NCBI GenBank assembly: GCA_005878515.1
Contig: VBLZ01000097.1
Coordinates: 7,634 to 71,633, forward strand
Direction of reading: 5' to 3'
Length of the DNA stretch: 64,000 bases
From: Methanobacteriota archaeon
Lineage (GTDB): Archaea > Thermoplasmatota > Thermoplasmata > RBG-16-68-12
In this document: positions 58,129-64,000 of the stretch, piece by piece
Layout: each line of letters starts with the position of its first letter
How positions within the stretch are numbered: position 1 is the first letter of the stretch
Position numbers and translations under genes: made by a program
The notes under the pieces: generated by a model
Databases searched by the model: none
What the model was told of the DNA's origin: nothing
Seen by the model: only the letters and a program-made list of their open reading frames with translations

Positions 58129-58151
58129 CACGTATATTATACGTAATAGCT
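58129..58151 (-). repeat. Right flank motif containing palindrome ACGTATA-T-TATACGT
   Basis: Reverse complement reads AGCTATTACGT-AT-AATATACGTG. Confidence 0.55.
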
Positions 58152-58194
58152 TCTTCAATCCGATGCGAATATTTCGGCCCGAGGATATTCCTGA

Positions 58195-59520
58195 TTAGGA
58201 TTTTCGCGACCGGAGATCCGACAAGACCTCTTTCGCTCGGTCCATCCTTACTTTCCGCTCCTTCACCAGGATTTCGGCCACGCGGTCGACTTCCTCGCCG
58301 ACGGCTCCTACCGTCGCGGCTACGTTCCGCGCATGGAGCGACATGTGCCCGCGTTGAATGCCCTCTGTCGCCAGAGCACGTAGGGCGGCAAAGTTTTGCG
58401 CCAAGCCCACGGCGGCAATCACTTCCGCGAGTTCCTGCGCGGTCTTGACGCCGAGGAGGTGGACATTCGCCTTCGCGGTGGGATGGACTGCCGTCGCTCC
58501 GCCGACCAGTCCGACGGCCATGGGCAGCTCGATCGTCCCGACGAGGTCTCCATTCGCATCCTTCTCCCACGCCGTCAGGGACCGATAGCCCCCGGACTTC
58601 CATGCGGCATATGCGTGGGCGCCGGCCTCGATCGCCCGCCAGTCGTTCCCAGTCGCAACGACGACCGCGTCGATCCCGTTCATGATGCCCTTGTTATGCG
58701 TCGCACAGCGGAACGGATCCGCATCCGCGAACGCGTAGGCCTCGAGGATTCCTTCGACGACGTCCTCGCCAGGGATGTCCTCGGTCCGGATGGCGTCCTT
58801 CGCGAACACCGCCCGGGCGCGCGCGAGTCGCCGAACCGCGAGATTCGAAATGATCCGCAGGTAGACGCGACCGCCCGTCCACTTCTCGATGTGCGGGGCG
58901 ATCGCCTCCGCCATCGTGTTCACCGCGTTGGCGCCCATCGCGTCGCGGCAGTCGACGACGAGGTGGGTGACGACCATGTGGCCCCGTTTCGTGTCCACGA
59001 CTCGGACCTCGACGTCCTTGGCTCCGCCGCCGACCTTCACGAGCATCGGGTCCTTCTCGTTCGCGATCGAGAGGATTTCGTCCTTGTGGTGGAGGATCGT
59101 CATCCGCGCGCCGTGCGGATCCGAGACCCCGACGAGCTGAATCTGACCGATCATGATCGGACCGGACGTGCTCGCCGAGAAGCCACCTCGTTCCCGGGCC
59201 ATCCGGGCCGCGTTGGAGGCCGCGGCGACGACGCTCGGCTCCTCGATGGCCATCGGGACCAGATAGTCCCGCCCGTTCACCTGAAAATTCACCGCGATCC
59301 CGAGGGGCACCGGCATCGCTCCGACCACGTTTTCGATCATCCGGTCGACTTGGTCGAATTTGAGCGCACCCGTGTTCTGGATCGTCTCGACCTCTGCGTC
59401 GGACAGCTCGCCGAACGACCGGATGACTTGCCAGCGGTCCTGCGGGCTCTTCTTGTAGAAGCCCGACACCTCGGAACTCTTCACGTCGGCACCGAGCGTC
59501 GGAGAAGACTGTCCCGCCAT
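58195..59520 (-). CDS. hmgA: HMG-CoA reductase, class II (bacterial type)
   Basis: MIENVVG, EEPSVVAAAS, DAMGAN, THNKGIMNG, GIQRGHM. Confidence 0.95.
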   Translation of the reverse strand: MAGQSSPTLGADVKSSEVSGFYKKSPQDRWQVIRSFGELSDAEVETIQNTGALKFDQVDRMIENVVGAMPVPLGIAVNFQVNGRDYLVPMAIEEPSVVAAASNAARMARERGGFSASTSGPIMIGQIQLVGVSDPHGARMTILHHKDEILSIANEKDPMLVKVGGGAKDVEVRVVDTKRGHMVVTHLVVDCRDAMGANAVNTMAEAIAPHIEKWTGGRVYLRIISNLAVRRLARARAVFAKDAIRTEDIPGEDVVEGILEAYAFADADPFRCATHNKGIMNGIDAVVVATGNDWRAIEAGAHAYAAWKSGGYRSLTAWEKDANGDLVGTIELPMAVGLVGGATAVHPTAKANVHLLGVKTAQELAEVIAAVGLAQNFAALRALATEGIQRGHMSLHARNVAATVGAVGEEVDRVAEILVKERKVRMDRAKEVLSDLRSRKS

Positions 59521-59539
59521 AAAGGCATCGCGCGACGAG

Positions 59540-59902
59540 TCAGGGTGCGACGCGGGCGCCGCAGTTCGGGCAGAACGAGATCCCGGTCGCGATCGGCGAA
59601 CCGCAGCTCGTGCAGAACCGACCCGTCCCCGCGGCGGAAGGCGGACCTGCTGCACCGGCAGCCGGTGGAGCGGGTTGGGCCGGAGGAGACGGAATGTACG
59701 GAGGGTACGCGTATCCGGGCGGATAGCCAGGATACATTGCGGGCGGCGCCTTCGTCACCTGGCCGCCTTCCGCGATGATCAGGATGACCCCCACGACGAG
59801 CAAAGGGATACCCACACAGAGAAACGGGGAGAAAAGAATCCCGATGATGGACAAGGCCGTTCCCAGGACGAGCAGCAATGCGCCCGTGGTCAGCTCGGCC
59901 AG
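59540..59902 (-). CDS. 2-TM, Pro-rich, C-terminal zinc-ribbon protein (probable CTG start)
   Basis: Two TM helices, YPGYPPGY linker, FCTSCG...FCPNCG. Confidence 0.75.
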   Translation of the reverse strand: MAELTTGALLLVLGTALSIIGILFSPFLCVGIPLLVVGVILIIAEGGQVTKAPPAMYPGYPPGYAYPPYIPSPPAQPAPPAAGAAGPPSAAGTGRFCTSCGSPIATGISFCPNCGARVAP

Positions 59903-59993
59903 CCGCCTCCCCTCCCGTCGGCTTCGCAAATTCGTGCATAATGATATAAATATTGCTTGAGGGAATGCCGCGCGAGCGAGACCGCGCCGTGGA

Positions 59994-60242
59994 GTGATCG
60001 AGATGCCCGTCGTCCTGGCAGACATCGCGATCCCGTTTCAGGCGACCGCGTCGGGCTCGGCGGTCGCGTTCTGGCTGTTCCTCCTCGCGCTCTACGTCGC
60101 ATTCCTCCTCATCGCGCTATGGGTGTACCAAGACGCCCGGATCCGTGGGATGAATGGTGTCTTTTGGTTCGCCCTCGTCTTTTTGGTGCCGGTGTTCGGG
60201 CTCGTCGCGTACGTGATCTACCGGCGAGACCGCCCTCTTTGA
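59994..60242 (+). CDS. Small PLDc_N-like membrane protein
   Basis: WVYQDARIRG...WFALVFLVPVFGLVAYVIYR. Confidence 0.75.
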   Translation: MIEMPVVLADIAIPFQATASGSAVAFWLFLLALYVAFLLIALWVYQDARIRGMNGVFWFALVFLVPVFGLVAYVIYRRDRPL

Positions 60243-60393
60243 ACGCCGGCCGTCCGTTTCTGCCGTCGATGAGGCAAGGGTCGGGTCGCGATTTCCACCC
60301 ATCGCGGTTCGAATCTTGGCCTAACTTTTGTCAAGATTGCGCCGCGGGCAGAACGTTTAAACCATGTCACAACATGACGCCCCCGGGGTCATT

Positions 60394-61821
60394 ATGGAGG
60401 AGCAGCAGGCACCTTCCGGGGCGGCCCCGAAGGCAGCCCCGAAGAGCAGAGCGGTGTGGATTGCGGTTGCAGTTATCGTCGTGATCATCGTGGTCGTGTT
60501 GGCCGCGGTGCTGGGCGGAGTATTCAATCCCGCAACGCAGGCGAAACCCGCGCTTCGGATCGGGACGCTTCTTTCGATCACGGGTGCGCTGAGCCAGTAC
60601 GGACCGGGCGATACGCAAGGCGCCTATCTCGCCGTCCACCAAATCAATGCCGCTGGCGGAGTGCTCGGCCAACCCATCCAGTTGTTCACCGAGGACGATC
60701 AGACCGATCAGACGGCGGCTGCCGCCGCCACAACGAAATTGATTACGCAAAACCATGTGAACGCGATTGTTGGCGCGCAGTTCTCCGGCGGCACGATCGC
60801 CTCGATTGGAATCGCCCAGGCGGCGGGCGTCCCGATGGTCTCTCCGTCGGCGACGTCGCCTGCATTGTCGAACCTAACGTTGACCGGTGGCTACTTCTTC
60901 CGAACCGCTCCTTCGGACGCCCTCCAAGGCGTCGTCGCGGCCAACTACCTCTATACCAACCTGTCGTACCGGTATGTCAACCTCGTCGGACGCGACGATT
61001 CCTACGGTCGAGGTCTTGTGGGCGTGATCAACACCAAGTTCACCGCGCTCGGCGGTCACGTGAACACCACCGTGATCATCAACCCGAAGGCCACGACGTT
61101 CCAGACCGACCTTCAGAACTTGTTCTCGACCAACCCGCAGGCCGTATACTTCGCCGGCTTCCCCGGCGAAGGTCTCATCTTGATGAGCCAATGGCAGGCG
61201 GGCCTGTCGACCAACTCCGGGTGGAACCGCCCGTGGGTATTCTCCGAGGGACTTGACAGCCAAGCGTTCATGGACCAGTTGCGTGCGTCTTCGGTCGGGG
61301 TCGACGTCACGAAGATCAAAGGCACTGCGCCTGTATCGCCCTTCGGCGCGATTCACGACATCTTCGTGGCTCAGTACAAAGCAGCGACCACGACCACCGC
61401 GACCCCGGTTCTGTATACGGACTACACCTACGATGCGGTCTACCTGATCGCCCTTGCCGCGCAGAAGGCAGGTTCCGTTGACGGAACTGCGATCAAGGCA
61501 AATCTGCCGGTCGTTTCGAAGGGGTCCGGGACCGTGATTACGCCCGGAAACTGGACCCGGGCTTTGACCACGATCGCGAGTGGCGGTTCGGTCAACTGGG
61601 AGGGTGCGGCCGGCTCGGAGGACTTCGACGCGAACGGCGACGTTCGGGGACCGTACGAGGTCTGGGGCGTAAACAGCACGTTCCAGATCGTCCGGCTCGC
61701 CTTCATCCCGGAGTCCAGCATCACCGCGCCATCGCTGACCATGTCGAGCCAGATGGTGACGCGGATCTCGAGCGGGTTCGTTGAGAAGGTTCAGGCTGCC
61801 GTCGTTTCGCGGCAGTACTGA
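60394..61821 (+). CDS. Branched-chain amino acid ABC substrate-binding protein (LivJ/K-like)
   Basis: N-terminal TM anchor, INAAGGVLG, SPSATSP, FFRTAPSD, YDAVY. Confidence 0.93.
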   Translation: MEEQQAPSGAAPKAAPKSRAVWIAVAVIVVIIVVVLAAVLGGVFNPATQAKPALRIGTLLSITGALSQYGPGDTQGAYLAVHQINAAGGVLGQPIQLFTEDDQTDQTAAAAATTKLITQNHVNAIVGAQFSGGTIASIGIAQAAGVPMVSPSATSPALSNLTLTGGYFFRTAPSDALQGVVAANYLYTNLSYRYVNLVGRDDSYGRGLVGVINTKFTALGGHVNTTVIINPKATTFQTDLQNLFSTNPQAVYFAGFPGEGLILMSQWQAGLSTNSGWNRPWVFSEGLDSQAFMDQLRASSVGVDVTKIKGTAPVSPFGAIHDIFVAQYKAATTTTATPVLYTDYTYDAVYLIALAAQKAGSVDGTAIKANLPVVSKGSGTVITPGNWTRALTTIASGGSVNWEGAAGSEDFDANGDVRGPYEVWGVNSTFQIVRLAFIPESSITAPSLTMSSQMVTRISSGFVEKVQAAVVSRQY

Positions 61822-61846
61822 ACCCCTTTTCCCATTTTCTGATTGG

Positions 61847-62626
61847 TCAGGCTTGGCCTCCGAGGTAGAGCCTGCCTACATCGGCGTTGTGGAGCAGCCA
61901 CTCCCCCGTGCCCGCGAAGCGATTCCGGCCCGTCTCGAGGACGTAGCCGCGGTCCGCGATGGCGAGCGCCTTCTTCGCGTTCTGCTCGACCATCACGATT
62001 CCCGTGCCGCTCTCGTTGATTTCGACAATCTTCGAGAAGACCGTGTCAACGAGCTTCGGGGCGAGGCCGGCGGACGGCTCATCAATCAGCAGCACCTCGG
62101 GGTCGAGCATCATCGATTTTGCCAACGCAACCATCTGCTGTTCGCCGCCGCTGAGGCTTCCGGCATGTTCACGGAGTTTCGGCTGGAGATTCGGGAACAT
62201 CTCGACCGTTTCCATCGCCCGCTCGCGGATTTCCGCATCTTTCATCATGCGCGATTGTGTTCGCCGCTGGTCGGAACCCCGGTTCCAATGGAGCGGAAGC
62301 GGGGAAATCCTTCGGGTGATCGCGCCCATCTCCAGATTCTCGAGCACGGAGAGCGTCGGGAACGTGTTGTTCGTCTGCGGGACGTAGCCTAACCCCATGA
62401 TGACGAGATCGCGGGGGTGGTACCCTGTGATGTCCGTGTCCCGGAAACGAACCCGGCCCTCGGTGGGACGAAGGAGGCCGAAGATCGTCTTGATGAGCGT
62501 CGACTTGCCCGCCCCGTTGGGCCCGATCAGGACGACCATTTCACCTTGATCCAAGGTCATCGAGACTCCGTGGAGGATCTCCATCTCCCCATAGCCCGAC
62601 CGGAGGTTCTCCGCTTGGAGCAGCAA
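61847..62626 (-). CDS. LivF-like ABC ATP-binding protein
   Basis: GPNGAGKS, LSGGEQQM, DEPSAGLAP, VEQN, YLG. Confidence 0.93.
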   Translation of the reverse strand: MLLQAENLRSGYGEMEILHGVSMTLDQGEMVVLIGPNGAGKSTLIKTIFGLLRPTEGRVRFRDTDITGYHPRDLVIMGLGYVPQTNNTFPTLSVLENLEMGAITRRISPLPLHWNRGSDQRRTQSRMMKDAEIRERAMETVEMFPNLQPKLREHAGSLSGGEQQMVALAKSMMLDPEVLLIDEPSAGLAPKLVDTVFSKIVEINESGTGIVMVEQNAKKALAIADRGYVLETGRNRFAGTGEWLLHNADVGRLYLGGQA

Positions 62627-62628
62627 GG

Positions 62629-63393
62629 TTATCCTCCGAGGTACGACTCGATGACGACCGGGTCCGTCTTCACCATCTCCGGGCGCCCCTCCGCGATGCG
62701 GCGGCCCTGATGCATGACGATGACCCAATCGCATCGGTTCATGACCACGTTCATGTCGTGCTCAATCAGGAAGAACGTCCTCCCGCCCTGCCGAAGTTTC
62801 TCGATCAGGTCCATGAGGCTCCCGGTCAAGGCCGGATTCACTCCCGCGACCGGTTCGTCGAGGAGGACGAGCGCCGGGTCCGACATCAAGGCTCGCGAGA
62901 GTTCGAGAAGTTTCTTTTGGCCGCCGGATAGCGTTCTCGCGTGCTCGTTCGCGAGCCCGTCGAGCTGGGTCAACTTGAGTACCTCGCGAGCGCGGGCCCG
63001 CCACTGCTTCTCGTCGCGTTTCACTTGGCGCGGACGGAAGAAGAGGTTGAGCAACCGCTCGCCCGAGTTGCCTTTCGCAGCGAGGACGAGGTTCTCGAGG
63101 ACCGTGAGGTTGCGGAGCTCGTGAGGAATCTGCCACGTCTTTGTGAGGCCCAGGTGAACGATCTCGTACGGCGGCAGGCCGTCGATCCTCGTGCCGTCAA
63201 ACCAGATCTCCCCGCCGTCGGGGCGGTAGAGACCTGCAATGATGTTGAACAGCGTGGATTTTCCGGCCCCATTCGGCCCGATGAGGCCGGTGATGGATTG
63301 GGGGAGGACCGTCAAACTGCAGCGGTCCACGGCATGTATTCCACCGAACGCCTTGTCTACGGCGTTCACCCGGAGAATCGATTCGGAGGCCAT
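62629..63393 (-). CDS. LivG-like ABC ATP-binding protein
   Basis: FGGIHAV, GPNGAGKS, LSGGQKK, DEPVAGVN, IEHDM. Confidence 0.93.
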   Translation of the reverse strand: MASESILRVNAVDKAFGGIHAVDRCSLTVLPQSITGLIGPNGAGKSTLFNIIAGLYRPDGGEIWFDGTRIDGLPPYEIVHLGLTKTWQIPHELRNLTVLENLVLAAKGNSGERLLNLFFRPRQVKRDEKQWRARAREVLKLTQLDGLANEHARTLSGGQKKLLELSRALMSDPALVLLDEPVAGVNPALTGSLMDLIEKLRQGGRTFFLIEHDMNVVMNRCDWVIVMHQGRRIAEGRPEMVKTDPVVIESYLGG

Positions 63394-63402
63394 CCTTGAG
63401 AC

Positions 63403-64000
63403 TCACCTCAACACTCGTTTGTGCTCCCGCAGGATGCCCTCGGGACGATAGATGATGAGTATGATCAGCAGGACGCCGATGAACATCAGCCGAGTGTAGA
63501 AGATGGTGTCGCCGATTGCCCCCGGTTTGTACTGCTCAAGGAACACAAAAACCCAGCCGAGCCCATACAGCGCGAACGCACCGATTGTGCCGTTTCGTAC
63601 CCACCCACGTTCCTGGATTTTCCGAAGGACCCGTCCCCAACCCCTCGTCGGCATGTATCGGCTGAAAAGAACGAACACTCCGGCGGCGATCACAGCGATG
63701 AGGCCGACGACGATCAACAACAATCGGATGGTCGGAAGGCCTGCCGCGAGCGCGATTGGCACATAGTCCTTCAGTTGAACGGACAGCCATTCCAACCCGT
63801 AGATCAGAAATGCTCCAACGATCACCCCTCGGTTGTTGCCGGAGCCTCCGACGATGACCATCACCCAAACGGAGAACGTAACCGCCGGGGCGAAGCTGGA
63901 TGAAGGTGAGACGTACCCAAGCGTGACGGCGAAGAGGGCTCCGGCGAGGCCCATCAGCGCTCCGCCCAGCGCGAATGCTTGGAGTTTGTAGTTGAACGTA
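63403..64000 (-). CDS. LivM-like ABC permease (5' part outside window)
   Basis: GLAGAL, VIVGGSGNNRG, RPEGI. Confidence 0.9.
   Translation of the reverse strand, partial: TFNYKLQAFALGGALMGLAGALFAVTLGYVSPSSSFAPAVTFSVWVMVIVGGSGNNRGVIVGAFLIYGLEWLSVQLKDYVPIALAAGLPTIRLLLIVVGLIAVIAAGVFVLFSRYMPTRGWGRVLRKIQERGWVRNGTIGAFALYGLGWVFVFLEQYKPGAIGDTIFYTRLMFIGVLLIILIIYRPEGILREHKRVLR

Noticed and set aside
57890-58194. Replication origin or XerA dif site
   Set aside because: No clear ORB repeats with G-strings and no cdc6 or xerA in the window. It cannot be matched to a known dif consensus by eye.
1-64000. CRISPR array, rRNA, IS transposase, inteins
   Set aside because: None recognised on reading. infB, lonB and rfcL are of ordinary length.

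Overview
High-GC archaeal chromosomal segment, most consistent with Thermoplasmatota (LonB, class II HMG-CoA reductase, DUF835-type fusion and archaeal r-proteins; this assignment is inference). Most of it is core housekeeping: rpl7ae-rps28e-rpl24e-ndk, aIF5B, RecJ-like DHH, a trpY/trpB2 divergon, hydantoinase A/B, lonB-nadM, the rpl3-to-secY operon, argF, tRNA-His, ileS, AcnX-type phosphomevalonate dehydratase subunits, pdxS, NOG1 GTPase, taw1, rfcL, hmgA and a Liv-type ABC system. The main observations are: (1) a cargo-less module between rfcL and hmgA made of a truncated large serine recombinase, an HNH-like/recombinase-domain partner and a 50-aa RHH-like gene absent from the ORF track, bracketed by related AT-rich motifs in inverted orientation; (2) three tandem Rab-like small GTPases that differ at the switch-II catalytic position; (3) IleRS fused to HhH, three Zn ribbons and a DUF835-like domain; (4) a PMDh small subunit fused to a Nudix domain; (5) extra domains on L24e and L32e; (6) several probable CUG/AUC start codons; (7) an exact 120-bp duplication in rpl2, probably an assembly artefact. 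All calls come from reading motifs by eye. No database searches were run.
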